A stretch of 64,000 nt of DNA from Lytechinus pictus (lineage: Eukaryota), in contig NC_087245.1 in assembly GCF_037042905.1 (NCBI RefSeq), forward strand, positions 3,908,001-3,972,000, given 5' to 3'. Positions 1 through 13,593 of the stretch are shown piece by piece (position 1 is the first letter of the stretch; the number at the start of each line of letters is the position of its first letter). Under the pieces are notes generated by a model, which worked only from the letters and a program-made list of their open reading frames with translations, was not told where the DNA came from and did not search any database. A program made the translations under genes and the position numbers.

Positions 1-457
1 CTATTGATAAACTATGATCTTCTGGTGTTTGTCAATGCTTCATCAATAGTATCAAGTATATGTATTCCCTATCCTGGTTTATCTCCAGTGTCTGGCCAAT
101 ACTTGACCTTGGAATGCATCCTATAGATAGAGTTCATATCTTAACATGCAGAAGGACATTAATCTTGCATCATGTTCATATTCCAAGGTCCTTTTGCTTT
201 TAACATGCACATTTCATCTGAGATATCAAGTTCTAGAGCAAAAGGGTGCAAGGAGTCTGTGGGAGGAGGCCGCTAATTTAAGTATTGCCCCTCGGAAGGG
301 TAATATAATTTCCAAGTGAAGAGGATGTTTGCAATGGGAGGTAGTCCATATGCCAAGAAGGGGTGCGCTATTACCCCCCAGGGATGGTGGTATAGAGGTG
401 TCTTCAGGGTCATAGACCTGCAAGATAGAGATGATCTGGAAGGATGAACCCTCTTTA

Positions 458-1335
458 GGCGGTGCTGCACCATCCCGAGTTTGCTCAATCTCGAGATTTT
501 AGCCCGATCGGCCCTCTTCGCGATTAATCTCGAGATTCAAGAAACCCCGTCTCCACCATCGCAAGAAGAGCGATTCCTGCTCGAGCAAGGCAACAGGCCC
601 GATATTCCGAGCATGCACACTTTCGGATCTTGGAGTTTCAGTGGCCCGCGCTTTTGATTAAACTTCCCGCGATATGCAATCAATGTACTCCTTTCACTAG
701 CACTTTCGCCGAATTCGACCGGTGTAATGCAACAATCCTATCAGCTCAGCCGCTCTCAGCGAGTGAAGAAGTGATGTATATATGATGGCGGAGAAGCCGC
801 GGAGGAGGCAACGACAGAGAGAGAGAGAGAGAGAGAAGGAGGAAAGAAATGCTATTTGCTCACATTTTGCGAAGGAATAAGACGACACTGCTGTCAGTGT
901 TGTTATTGACTATGACCATCTAATAATGAGCGCCTCCCCCATCGGTTTGGTCTCTCCCAAAATCCATTCACTGGTGGGACACCATCGTTGCTGATTGGGG
1001 AATTGATGAACGCTATGTGTCTATGTGTTTATGTTCTGACCAAGGCGGAAGTGGAACGCGAATTGCATTATGGACTGACGTCATGAATAAATTACCCCGA
1101 GTCCAATCTCGAGTGCGTCTGCACCTACGAATTAGCGGGATAATTCGTAAAATAGCGCGCTATTTTGCAAATAAACCCGAGTTGACTTGGGATTGCAATC
1201 TCGAGATTAATCCTGCGAACTAGCGCGATAATTGCGTCTCCATTGCCAACAATCTCGAGGTTTTTCAGATCGGGATAATTTGCCGGATCAGAAATAGCGT
1301 GCTAATTTGAAAACTCGGGATGGTGCAGACGGCCC
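458..1335. mobile_element. Non-autonomous DNA transposon (MITE), PIF/Harbinger-like
   Basis: Terminal inverted repeats: left GGCGGTGCTGCACCATCCCGAGTTT, right end reverse-complemented GGGCCGTCTGCACCATCCCGAGTTT. The palindromic motif AATCTCGAG(AT) recurs subterminally (~487, 526, 1106, 1197, 1251). The element is CpG-rich relative to its flanks and has no transposase ORF. The superfamily call rests on the GG termini only. Confidence 0.75.
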
Positions 1336-4095
1336 TTTTGACTCTAAACAATTTTAAGTCAGACTCTACTATTAAAATTGAATGTCAAAGAAGACTTTTT
1401 TGTGATCTAGCAAATAGGGTGTGTTCTAAATATTTTGGTTTTGATTAGACTTGGAGTGAGACTACAGGGTCACCCTGAAAAAGTGTAGATTTCACTCTCT
1501 TACACCAGAAAAAAAATGCCAGTATATATATATATATACTGGTAATCAAATTATATGAATGAGTACATTTATAAATTTCAACAATTTACTTTCAAATATA
1601 AAATGAGTACTCACTAATAAAGGAATAAAGGAAAATACAATTTTTGAATGCAGATGTTCAAATATTTTCTTGATAATTTGTATTTCCCTTCCTGTTGACT
1701 TTGGTGTAAGAGTGTTTCAAATGAATCAGAGAGATTAGAATGAACCTGATGAGTGGGTTAAAGTTTAATATTCATGGAGGTGATATCTAAAGTAAGTGAA
1801 TTATAATTATGGAATATTATCATTAAATTTTAAGGCATACCAGCCCATTCCCATAATACTCTGCTTTAGATCTGCTTGATAAAAGACATTTTTCAATATT
1901 TTGCTAGATTGTCATATTAATAGTAAACATGAATTCCTTTGGAAGAAGTATATTGAATCCTCAAACCTGACTGTTTTTCATAATGAAGTGTGTTTCAGTG
2001 AGAAGACATTGTATCTCTCAAAGTCGATCCATTCTGAATGTTTACTCTATTCAACAAGCACGTCACCATGATGAACTGGCTGAGAAGCGCTAATGTGGGG
2101 CCAAATGAAGTGAAATTGGACGTGTTAGAGTCGGATGCACTCTATGCATAAAGACAGGGGATGAAAAGGGGGGCAGCTAGGTAGGAAGATACACATAAGA
2201 TGTGCTGAAATGGAGCTTGGATGCAAATGTGTAATGGATGCAGGGGAGTGGGATGGAGAGGAGGAGAGGAGGGCATGATGAGGAGGATGAGAGCACAGGG
2301 AAATGAACAGGTGGTGTTTTAAGACTGGTCTTGATTTATGTGATCTTAAAATTGGTTTTGACCTTCAGATACCTGATAAAAGATGAGGGGAGGCTTGTAC
2401 AATGTACTTGGGTATTGGAGTGTGGAATGTAGAAATGGTAAGAACAGGGCTAGATGATTAGTGAAGAGATACCTTGTAAGAGATAACTGGTAAGAGGTTC
2501 AGGAAGAGAGAGAGAGAGAGGGAAAGAAAGAAAAGAGAAGAGGGAAAAGTGGTAAATAGAGAGAAAATATGTTAATGTTTGACATATTAAGTGAGGGGAG
2601 ACATTTTGAATAATATTTATAATTGAAACATAATATTAGGCATAGTGTAAGAGTTAAGACTTATTGATGACAAATTACATGTACTCCCTCGGGATGCAGA
2701 ATATAGAAGATAAATTGCTTCCAATTAGCCAATTATTTAACGTAATTATAGAATGTCACATAGACAGACTTACCTCTGTAACTGTAAATATTTTGTGGTG
2801 AATCTTGTGATATGTTAATATTTAGGATAGATCTTTATCAATAATAATCACAATTATTTAATTTCTGTATTAAGAGTTTAATAATATAGGCCTATTTAGT
2901 AACACTGCTCCATATTTTTAGTTATTGCTTCAGAAGTTTTTAGGTCATTGGCACTGAGCATGTTAAGGATGAGGGCCTTTTATTACCGTTTCTATTATTA
3001 CATGGCCGACTACTAAATCTAATGCTGAAACTGCTGTAACATATGGTTGAAATATTGCTAGCATACTACTTGCAGTGGTATCCCGTCTCTAATCGCATTA
3101 ATACATAATGACATCACAAACTGCTATAAAAGTGACCACTGGGAATATATTGCAATGTAACTTTAATCAATATGTCATTTACTGCTCACACTGTTTAGTG
3201 GTCATTGGGGTGTATTTCCAGAAATCAATAATTCACAAAGAGGATACTTGTAGTATTTTGTGTGCAAGCTGAATGAGACTTTGTATGAAATATTCATTGT
3301 ACCAGGCCTACATTTTATTCTGCAAATGAAAATATATTTAAGCACATGACCCACACATGCATATATTGATCTTTCTCAATAATGAAATAACAAGCATTAT
3401 CGGTATATTTAGGAGTCATGGTAAACAATTAACACAGTCAAATCATGCCCACATCCCTCATTGTTTGTAGTCTACCTTTTTTTATTTTTTATTTTTTCAG
3501 TTTTCCATCTACTTGTTCAACAAAACGGTATGACACATTCAAATTTTATGTTGATGATAAAGATAATTGCATTTATTCACACTATTTCCACCTACATGTA
3601 AAGTAATGAAGTGCCCTTGAATAAAGGTATTTTGCATTCGATTTGTCCTCAATATAAGTAACACAAAGTCTATAAATCATTTTCTATCTTCCCCATTTAA
3701 CTGAAGTATCTTTACGAACAAACAGAATGAAGTGTATGCATAGCGCAACTCCTGAAGGAGAACTAAGATTTCTTTTGATATTTGCTGTAACTATTAACAT
3801 TGGTGTATGGTTGACACAGCAGCTGATAATGGTTTTGAGCATTGGATTAAAGTCTATCTGTCTCAATGGAAGAGCATGATGTCTAAGGAGTGTGATCATA
3901 GTGTTACATTCCATTGTCCTCTTCACATTGGAAAGTAATACTGAATTTTCTTTGAAGTTTGATTTTTTTTTACTTTTCAAACTGTTAAAAAGGGAAATAT
4001 ATATTCTTGCATTAACCCATTGATATTTATTATTTCATTCATGATGTGTATATATTCCTTTGTTTTAAAAATAGCAAGAAGATGATAATAAGATG

Positions 4096-4362
4096 CAGTA
4101 GACAGTATACGCAGGGGGGGGGGGTGGTTACAGAGGTTCAAACCCCCCTTAAATTTTTCAGAGACCCACCCCCCTAAATTTGTTTGAAGACCTTTTTATT
4201 GCTTGTCAAATTTTTTTGAGGTGCAAAACAATGTAAAATTTGTGTTGAAGACCTTTATTTTTGGGGGGTAGGAAACGACCTACGATTTGTGGTAAAGACC
4301 TTTTTTGTCAACATTTCATTCAGCTTGAAACCACCCTTTAAAAAATCATGTGTACCCTACTG
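4096..4362. mobile_element. Short non-autonomous hAT-like element
   Basis: CAGTAG...CTACTG termini, a near-identical 8-bp target-site duplication (ATAAGATG / ATAAAATG), a poly-G run near the left end and repeated AAGACCTTT motifs inside. Confidence 0.6.
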
Positions 4363-4375
4363 ATAAAATGATGTA

Positions 4376-4655
4376 GAGGTGTTGTGGCTCAATGGATAAG
4401 TCTCAGAACTTTGAACCACAAGGTCCGGGGTTCAAATCCCACCGCAGCACTCGTGTCCTTTGGCAAGGCATTTATTTACATTTGCCACTCTCCACTCAGG
4501 TGTAGTGAATGGGTACCCAGTAGGAAGAAATTCCTTGAATGCTTGAGCGTCTGATCAGGGTAGCAGTGCTAAAGTCGGGGTAATAGTATGCAGCGCTTAG
4601 AAACATTTGTTTTAAGCGCTATGTATATTGCATATCCTTACTATTATTATTATTA
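4376..4655 (+). mobile_element. tRNA-derived SINE (CORE-like central domain, LINE-like tail)
   Basis: Pol III A box TGGCTCAATGG (4385-4395) and B box GGTTCAAATCC (4429-4439). The central block GTCCTTTGGCAAGGCATTTAT...CAGGTGTAGTGAATGGGTACC is shared with other copies in the window. It ends in a (TAT)n tail. Confidence 0.85.
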
Positions 4656-4891
4656 AGATGACAGATAAGAAATATCTATTTGTTTTTCTGTTATTTTTTG
4701 TTTGTTTAATTCACCCATTTATTCCTATGAAGTTTATATATTTCTTTACTTTGTCTAGTTAAAATGATTTATTATGCAGGTTTTGAGATTTATTTTCCCT
4801 TTGGCCAACAAACCATTTAAAAGACCATTGAGTTTTGGGTTCCTTTCGACATGAATTATTAAGTCTTCATTTTATTTTCTCTTGATTACAG

Positions 4892-5006
4892 GAAAGATGA
4901 CAAAAAAGAGGATAAGAAAGATGACAAGAAGGATGATAAGAACAAGGATAAAGATAAAGAGAAGAAGAACAAGAAGGAGAAGAAAAAGTACAAGACTAAA
5001 TTAGAG
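4892..5006 (+). CDS. Internal coding exon, Lys/Asp-rich (KDDKKEDKKDDKKDDKNKDKDKEKKNKKEKKKYKTKLE); parent gene uncertain
   Basis: Strong acceptor TTTTATTTTCTCTTGATTACAG and donor GAG|GTAAGA. The 115 nt form 1 nt plus 38 open codons with synonymous variation, so this is not a simple microsatellite. It ends in phase 0. Its upstream exon is not seen in the window. Confidence 0.8.
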
Positions 5007-5435
5007 GTAAGATTAAAATGACGAGTGCTCCATTTCTTTTCTGAATTAAACCTTATTTGTCTGTTGGTCCTGCTGGGTCAAAATATGAAAAAGGTAATGA
5101 ATCATAGTTAAAGTTTTGGTAAAACAATGATTGAAGCAGTATCTGCTTGATGAGATTCTGTCTAGTATGCATTCCTATGCAGGCTCATCAATGAAGCAGT
5201 GGTGTAATAAGTGATATAGCTCCCTCTACAGGACATACATGTATATGACTATTCAATCACGTCTTTTCGTACTATCTGTTGGAGCAGCAGATAAGTTGTT
5301 TTTCATCATATCTCTATAAAGAATGGGGAAATATTACCGCATTTTGTGCGAATGTAAAAAAAAACACACAAAAAAACTAATCTACTAGTTAACATGTATG
5401 TTTTGATTAGAGTTATCAAAACATTGCAACCTTCC

Positions 5436-5550
5436 CTCCAGTTGGAGTCATTAAATGACTCCAGCTGGAGTCAAACAAGCTGCATTTGTTATAAATCTAC
5501 AATTAATCTGTCAACAGATTAATTGTAGATTAAAAAAAAAAATGCAGTTT
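5436..5550. repeat. Two adjacent short hairpins/palindromes
   Basis: CTCCAGTTGGAGTCATT-A-AATGACTCCAGCTGGAG (5436-5470) and the perfect AATCTACAATTAATCTGT-CA-ACAGATTAATTGTAGATT (5494-5531), the latter extended by CTGCATTT/AAATGCAG. Confidence 0.8.
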
Positions 5551-6118
5551 GAGATAGATACAATGCATAAATGCATATATATATACCTCTAATGTACATA
5601 TGTGTTCTGAATTTAGGTGTTAAAAAGGACATGTGCAGGCGGTTGTGTTAAATGTGTGTATCTATGGTTTTAGAGGCATGCAGTTTACCTATCTGTGTTC
5701 TGATGAATCATGATAAATACATAATGGATAAGAGTAGACTATCTAAATCAACGCAGAACCATTATGAGTAATGAGGTGATGCGAGAGGGATTCAGAGCAA
5801 TTGTTTCAGGTTTTTTGCAGATTTACGGTATCACAAGAAATGGCAGCTCTATAAATCTAATGCGGCTCATTAAAAAAAACATGAAAGGAAAATTTTATGA
5901 TATTGGCTCCATACACAGAAAGAGAGAGAAAGAGAGAAGGGAGGGGGGCAGGCACAACACATGAAGAGAGTCACATAGACATACTGTACATTCAGAAATA
6001 TTCGTGGTACATAAATTTTCACGGATTTTGCAGCAAGATCAGCCAGAGTAAATTTAGAAATACTCAAATTTATGAGCATCTTTTGAACCGGGGTTCAATT
6101 GCCAGTATCCTTTTTTAA

Positions 6119-6715
6119 AGGACAAGTCCACCCCAACAAAATATTGATTCAAATAAAAAGAGAAAAATCCAACAAGCATAACACTGAAAATTTCATCAAA
6201 ATTGGATGTAAAATAAGAAAGTTATGACATTTTAAAGTTTCGCTTAATTTCACAAAACAGTTATATCCACATCCTTGTCGGTATGCAAATGAGAAGACTG
6301 ATGACATCACTCACTATTTCTTTTGTATTTTCTTATATGAAATATGAAATATTCAAATTTTCTCCATGTTGTCGTGTGAAACAACGTTTAATTCCTCCCT
6401 GAACATGTGCAATTTGCATTGTTTAATACTATATGGTTCAATCAAGTTGGTCCTTATTGTCAAATCTGTAAAAAATGAAATATTGTAAATTCAAACAATA
6501 AAGAACAAAAGAAATAGTGAGTGATGGACATCATCGACTGTCTCATTTGCATGTCACTGATTTGTGCACACACTGTTTTGTGAAAAATAAGCGAAACTTT
6601 AAAATGTCATAACTTTCTTATTTTACATCCGATTTTGATGAAATTTTCAGCATAATGCTTGTTTGAATTTTCTCTATTTATTCAAATAAACATTTTTCCG
6701 GGGTGGACTTTACCT
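6119..6715. mobile_element. MITE with TTAA TSD, Kolobok-like (copy 1)
   Basis: TTAA|AGGACAAGTCCACCCC ... GGGGTGGACTTTACCT|TTAA with long imperfect inverted arms (~140 bp). A second copy in opposite orientation lies at 49542-50130. Confidence 0.9.
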
Positions 6716-6812
6716 TTAAGGAGACTATAATTTGACCTACAGAGGGCGACATTTAAACAAGCTAGCTTCAATGCTGCATCATGCAGGTTCCACGGGCCTA
6801 ATTACATCAGGA

Positions 6813-7437
6813 GGGCTAAAGATATTCGTTCGACCCAACCCATTCGAATTTTTGTCAATTTGATATTGCTGATTGACAAAAATGTATAAATATGATTCAA
6901 AATCTAACACTGATTCTAAAAATGGTAACTACTGAACTTCCTTCGCCCAAATTGGGAAGATAAATAAGTGACTTGGAACTATTTTTTGACTGGCGGAATA
7001 ATTAGGGCTATTTTACTGTTTCAGTTGATGAATTCGATCCATTCATAGTTATCTTCATAAATGGCGATTTATTTTTAAAATGAGCTGGCTACGGTACCCT
7101 ATCCTGGTCAGATTTGGAATGTCAGATATATAACCTATCCATTGGTAGTAAACATTCCACCCTCTAATTTCACATTTATTTTTTATGAATTTTTCAAAAG
7201 TGCCATTTTAACACACAAGTCTATGGGGAATGTTTTACGCGCGTGACACCTGCACATGCGTTGCAAAATTTTTTTTCTTAAATACAACATTTTTTTTACA
7301 GTCACAGATTGGTATTTGAATAGTGATGTTGCTTAAAATATAAATTGCTTTTGGTGTTTGATCTGTAAGTGTTTAGGTCTGTTTGACATGTCTGATGCTT
7401 TCTTGAGAGATACTGATGTTGGTATAATATCTAGCCT
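6813..7437. mobile_element. Possible degraded DNA-transposon remnant
   Basis: Weak inverted termini (GGCTAAAGATATT versus reverse-complement GGCTAGATATT), ends at TTAA, elevated CpG. Boundaries are uncertain. Confidence 0.3.
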
Positions 7438-8536
7438 TAATTTTTAAGAAGATGTGTGGCCTTAGTTTTCAAGAAGACGTCTTGTTGATCGCCCAGGTGG
7501 GTCGATTGATCCCTTGCACTTTGGATGGCCGTAATCCCCCCAGGTCTCTACCCGGCGCTCGGCCCCATACCCTACCCGGCAAGCAGTGGCTCCATTTTGC
7601 CTTCCTGTTGTCCACCCAAAGAAAAGTCGCGCTGAATGTCACAAAAGCTCATGAATTGATCAAAGCAATGCTGAATTACGCGGCTGTAGAGCTAGAATAT
7701 GAGCAGAAAATACAATTTTGTTGCCTGAAATGTTAATTAAAACCAGCAACAAATGGGGAATGAAGTGACTCTGTGATTGTGGAGTGTGCAGCGCGAAGGC
7801 AAGAACCCACGAATATGTTTTGAAGCCACCCAGCGCAAAAAATTAATCCTGTGAAAATAACAACGTTTACAGTAGATAGGGACAGACAGAAGAGATTGAT
7901 CAGATTATTATCTCTGATGAGAGGAGTGATGAGCTAGAAGATAATCACAATATCACCAACATGACTCCATGGCAGCCAGTTAAGCAGACATTGTGATCAC
8001 CTCATCACCACCATCATGAAATTTGGATTAAATTAGGAAGATTCTTTGTCGCCAAATGGGAAAGTACATAGGCTCCAGAAGTATGCCTACTTTTTGTATG
8101 GTTTGTCAAGCAATTCTGCTTTGCTTCATGAACGTACATGTGCTTTATATGAAATTATACATGGGGACTGTGCATAGTCAAAATTGGTTTCAGGAAATTG
8201 AAAAAATAATGAGTTTGTACAACAAAGAAGGGAATTCAAATGTGTGAGCTTTTCAGAGGTCAGTTTCTGTTGATACAGTGAAATGTTAAGTTTCAAGTGT
8301 TTCTCTTTATTCAAATGGAATCAGTTTTTTTTTATGGGATTTGAAAGAAAGATATACAAGAAAAAATTAAACAGCATCTATGTGAGAGCTATATATGTAT
8401 GCTTGTTCATGCAACCATGAGGATGTCTCATAAACTGAAAGCCCAGTTCTTTTAACTTACATGTATATCTATGAACTTTCTATAGATGTTAGGAACACTG
8501 CATAACACAATCACCATTGCAATCAGTATTATCTTG

Positions 8537-8650
8537 TCATCATCAACTTCATCAACATCACCATCATCATCATCATCATCATTGTCATATCACTTTCATC
8601 ATCACCATCAATATTTTCTACCACCATTGATATAATCATGGTCATTCATT
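8537..8650. repeat. Degenerate (CAT)n microsatellite
   Basis: CATCATCAACTTCATCAACATCACCATCATCATCATCATCATC... Confidence 0.8.
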
Positions 8651-10295
8651 ACCATTATATTCATATTTGTAATAAGTATGATTTATGGGTTATTTTGATG
8701 TAATTGTCCTCTTTTTGTAAACTGTCAGTCTTCCACAACCCATCTTGAAGACCTGATTATAACTATCTAGGTTGGTATCCTTCTCCATCTCTCAATGATA
8801 GATCTTTGAATCTTCTCCATTGCTATATGGCCAACAACATCCCAACACCTCACTCAATCTCATGGCCAATTGTCTCCATATCACTTCCCTGCGTAACGGG
8901 AGTAAAGCACACAGAGTGATGCATTGTGACAGGGTTGTGCATCACTCTTGCATGATGATGCGGTCCGAGTGGATGGGTAGTGGGAACGACAGTGTCACTC
9001 CATCTACAAATCTCCCTGTTGACTCTTGGCTGACAATATACTTGGGGAATACTAATGCTTTGCCAAATAACTCTTGGATACATCTTGTTTTGAGTACAAT
9101 CACCTCCCAAGCCCCAAGCTCAATGTAAAGTCATGAAGGGTATATAATCATTTGCATTTGTGTGGATTAAGGAGGGCCCTTCATGTCCAGTTTATAAGCT
9201 ATTTTGGTCAAAGATGGTAATTGAGGAAGGAACTTTAAAAATAACAGCTCCTCTCCTTGCCACAAACTTGACTCTGATTTGTGTAAACATCTTGATAATA
9301 TTATGCATCACTATCAATTGCAAAATATTCTAATTTTAGAAGAGCAAAATTTTACTATGTAGGGCTTTGCCGGAATGATTTGCATTTTCTACAGATATTG
9401 TAATTTGAAAAGTGATGCAAATGCAAAGAACGTCTGTTTAATAATTATTAATTGCATTTCTATAAAACTAAAGGGTAAAACATAATGATTAGGAAAAAAC
9501 ATTGATTTGTAAGACAATGTTGTAATGAGTGAAGATTTTTATGAAGCATGAGCTGTAACCAAACACATAACTGGCACAAACAAACATCTTGAGTTAGCGA
9601 GCTGAGAAGCAATTATAAGAGATGGAGGGTACCCTATCGCTCATATCCACACACACTCATTGCAGGGCGTTGACATCTCTTTGGAGAGATAAATCCTTAC
9701 CTACATGCATGCATCTTAATGTGGGACTGAAAAAAAAAGAAAAGGCAGTAAAAGGATGGTGTCATTAAAGAGATAATTAAATGTGACTAGAAGAAATAAA
9801 CTAGTAAACTTATGTAATTTTGATTGATAATAATCTGATGCTATGAAACAGGGAAAAATCAAGAATTTGATGAAGGCAAGCAGTAGGCAAAAATACATGT
9901 ACATGTGAATTAATTTCAGATATGACAAATTAGTTTGTAAAATATGACAAAATTAGGAAATGCATTTGATTTTTCTAAATGAAATAATTTGTGGAATATT
10001 GATTTGAGTATGTTTAAAATCATAAAACACCTCAAATACAGATATTTCACTGTATGGAAAACACAACCGAGTATTCTTTTCCAGTCATATTTGATAAAGG
10101 AGGGATTATAATGAAAGCATTTTTACATGTACTTTGAATAGAACAATGTCAATTAAATATGGGAACTAACAGAGGTATTTCAGTATTAAATTAAAGCTCA
10201 ATTATACAAGAAACTTAGCTGACTTTACATCACACATGGAGCAGAAACCTTTGAATACCCTTTGCTACCCTCTTTCTCTATGTCATGCTCTTCAG

Positions 10296-10376
10296 CGTAA
10301 CGAATCGCTTGATGTTTACGCCGTACAGTTACACGCGACAAGGAACCTGCAGGACGCGGCAGCGTGGCGCCACTGA
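10296..10376 (+). CDS. Candidate terminal coding exon (RNESLDVYAVQLHATRNLQDAAAWRH*) in frame with exon 4892-5006
   Basis: Good acceptor CCCTCTTTCTCTATGTCATGCTCTTCAG. The phase-0 frame is open for 26 codons to TGA. The segment is CpG-rich, and AATAAA occurs downstream near 11078. It could instead be a regulatory island. Confidence 0.35.
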   Translation, partial: RNESLDVYAVQLHATRNLQDAAAWRH

Positions 10377-11472
10377 CTGACGACTCCTCTGACAGCTTGC
10401 GGAAAGTTTAAGGCCTGCAAATTGAGAAGAATTCAGCCCAGAAAGGAAGGGAAGTGGAAAAAGAGAAGAGACACAGATTTGCATTTTTTGTAGTGGTTGC
10501 GTGAGATCGGAGACTACTGGGAAAACTTGATAGTGCAAGAGGTTATCTGTACGTCTCTTCTCTGATAGTGATGCATTTTGCAATACCCTAACGGTATACC
10601 AATGCACTTTTAACTGCTGTATTTTGTAGTAGAAAATTTGGTTTGCTTTGCAAAGTCTGTTTCTTTTTAACTTACTACTGAAATATTTATGAGTATCATT
10701 TTGGGGAAAAATTATAACATTTTGGTTCTCCAAATTATTTTCAATTTAATTATGCTTGGATAGAACGTTTGATGCTTAAATTTGCATCATAAAAAGTATC
10801 TTGTTATTGACATTTAATTGGACTCTGATTTTCAGAATTTCAAAATTTATTTAATGAAAAGTACATATTTGGATGCAATATCAGGATTGAGGAAACTTTC
10901 TTTCATGTCAGACTTGTACAAATCTGATCATGAAATTAAAAGATTGATTTGTAATTTGATATTAAGACTTTTTCTCTTCTGTCTAATGTTATGATCTCTG
11001 TATGACAGCATTCCTTTGTTTTGAAGTCCTTTTAGATTAACTATTCATATTGGGATGCTACATTATGAAGTTATTGTAATAAAACATTTAATATGTATAA
11101 TCAGGTTCTATCCATCTTTCAAAGTCATTTACAAAAATGGTTTGTTATTTGTAAATAAGAACATTTTAAATGCAAACAAATATTTACCTGGTTGTTTCAT
11201 GAATTTAATCTGTATACTTGTCCATTGCACTTTTGTGAATCTGAGAATAACTAACTTTTTGACTGTCTTGAATCAGGTCAGGAAGAACAGGAATGAAGCA
11301 AGAAGTGAATGGATGTAAACTCATGAATAGATGGTGGGATAGAGAATGAAGATGTGGGGATGAAGTTAAAAATTCTGTTGCCATGGAAACATGAAACAAG
11401 CATGATGAGAGGGACATCTGCATCAAGTGCTAAAGTGGAGAGTAGAGGAGTGGGGGACAGAGTAGGAGAGGG

Positions 11473-11476
<4 letters not shown>

Positions 11477-11503
<27 letters not shown>
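11477..11503. repeat. (GA)n microsatellite
   Basis: Direct reading of the sequence. Confidence 0.9.
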
Positions 11504-11509
<6 letters not shown>

Positions 11510-13098
11510 AGGGAAGAGGGTCCGGTGAGGAAAATGAGGGGTAAAAAAGAAGAAGTGGTTTTAGAGTTGGCATCACTGTGTGGTTAAAAGATTTTTCTAG
11601 TGTTACTTTCAGATGATTATTAAGGCCATGTGGAAAGATCTTTAGGAGAGGCAGTGATAGATTTGGTTGATTTAGAAATAACTTTCTTCACTGTCAAGGA
11701 AGCTTATTGAAATGAATTTCATTAAAAGCATGTACCACTAAACAATATAGGTTTTTAATAGACAAAATGATGATAGACACAATATTGGGTATTACACAAC
11801 CTGGTTATGAAAAAAAGTGACAAGTAGACTAAACAGCTATTATACAGGATGGGATTAGACTGACCATGTGGGATGAGACCGAATGGATATAAGACAAATT
11901 GGGTGTAGACCAAAATGACAATCCACTATCCGGCCATTCACCTCCCTAAACCTGGTTGTACTTTTTCCAAGTGATAACAACAATCTTGTTATCTGATTTG
12001 ATTAAAACCAGGCACCAAATTATCTATCCACGCTATCCTTCTTCCTCCCTTCCTAACATAATATAATCCTATCCCCATTTCCCATCTTCTGCAATCGTCA
12101 AAATTAATTTGGCTTAGGTGGGACTACAAGTAAAAATTGCCCTGAATCGGAATTCTGTGCTTAGTAAAAAAAAAAAATGGGAGATGGGCTTCTATTGTCT
12201 TCTGTCATTCAGTGTTTTGGATTGGATATATAATGGTGAGTTTGTATGGTTGTTAATTAATTGAAAGGAAATAAACCGGGAGTGTAACAGGTTGTTCATC
12301 ATAGGTTACCCACAGTATGAAATCTAACAATAAATTTGCATTTACACAGCGCCTGTGAAAGAACACAATAATTGAAATGGATTTCAATGGCCTTCCATGC
12401 TTTGGAGCAGATAATAAGCACTTGATCTAGAGTTTATTGACTCTATCCAATATCTATAGATGGCTATGGCATTCAATCAAATTTTGATAAATCTATCTCA
12501 ACAGAGAAAGAAATGTAAAGTATTTTTGACATTTTCATGATTATTCAAAGTTCAATTATTATCTTTAATTTCCAGATATCTTGTTATATTTTGAATTTTT
12601 AAGTCTTGGTTTTTACATATCCTTATTGAGGGTTCTACAATATTTGATAAAAAAGCTATTCATTGCTTTAGATATCAGGAACAGACACTAAATATCAAAA
12701 TGGACTGACGAAAGGAACCATACTCAATGTGAGTCAAACTGAATGAACATTTGTTTGCAGTTTTTGCACATTATGTTTCTTCTCCATTTTAGAGATGCTA
12801 GATTGTGAAGCCAAAGCAAATCAAATCAAATTTTTTTTCCTATAGATACATTTTAACACATCTTCCCATTTCAATTGCAATACTTCCCAAAGATCTACAT
12901 TTTATGACAAACTTTTACAAAAATATGTTACATTAGCATCAACCATAATAATTCAATTCTCCCAGGGCCCTAGTTTCAAACTGCATTTGTGACTTGTGAG
13001 TTTCACCATACACTGTAGTTCCCTCACATTGCCATTCATCAGCTTTTCGCAACCTGGGTCTTCTGGTGTAATATATAATATTGAACATGTAGTTTCAT

Positions 13099-13427
13099 AA
13101 TAATAATAATAGTGATGATGATGATGATGATAATAATAACGTCATATTTTACCCAGGGTAGCCACTTCCGTTCTGCAAACTGTTCTACCAGCGGGCCCTG
13201 CTTAACATGATAATGTTTTTACCCCGGCTTTAGCACGGCTACCTTGATCAGGCACTTGAGCATTCGAGGAATATCTTCCTACTGGGTACCCATTCGCCTC
13301 ACCTTGGTCGAGTGCAGCACAGTGTGGATAAATTTCTTGCTGAAGGAAAACATGCCATGGCTAGGATTCGAACCCACGACCCTCTGTTGAAAGGCGAGAG
13401 CCAGAACCACTAGACCATTATGCACCC
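13099..13427 (-). mobile_element. tRNA-derived SINE
   Basis: The minus strand reads GGGTGCATAATGGTCTAGTGG (A box) ... GGTTCGAATCC (B box), then the shared core GAATGGGTACCCAGTAGGAAGA, the tail CAGGGCCCGCTGGTAGAACAG...TACCCTGGGTAAAATA, and (TTA)/(TCA) repeats. Confidence 0.85.
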
Positions 13428-13530
13428 ACCAGTGCTCTAGGAAACCATTTATTGGATAAATTACATGGCTTTTGAGAGCCAGAAGGGCTTTAGGAGGTTG
13501 TGTATATTGCTATCTCATGAAGATGTGAAT

Positions 13531-13593
13531 ACATGATAATATATAGAAGTACATGATAATATATAGAAGTACATGATAATATATAGAAGTACA
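13531..13593. repeat. Perfect 20-bp tandem repeat x3 (ACATGATAATATATAGAAGT)
   Basis: Units start at 13531, 13551 and 13571. Confidence 0.95.

Noticed and set aside
1..450. CR1-type reverse-transcriptase remnant (KDLGI on the minus strand)
   Set aside because: Only a 5-residue match, surrounded by stops, which is insufficient.
4376..4450. tRNA gene
   Set aside because: The A and B boxes are present, but the cloverleaf is degenerate and it continues into a SINE core and tail found in several copies.
8710..9190. ORFs 8820-9128 and 8850-9110 as genes
   Set aside because: No recognisable domain or splice signals. It may be an old retroelement remnant, but no motif could be identified.
13531..13593. 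CRISPR-like array
   Set aside because: These are direct tandem repeats with no spacers, in a eukaryotic context.
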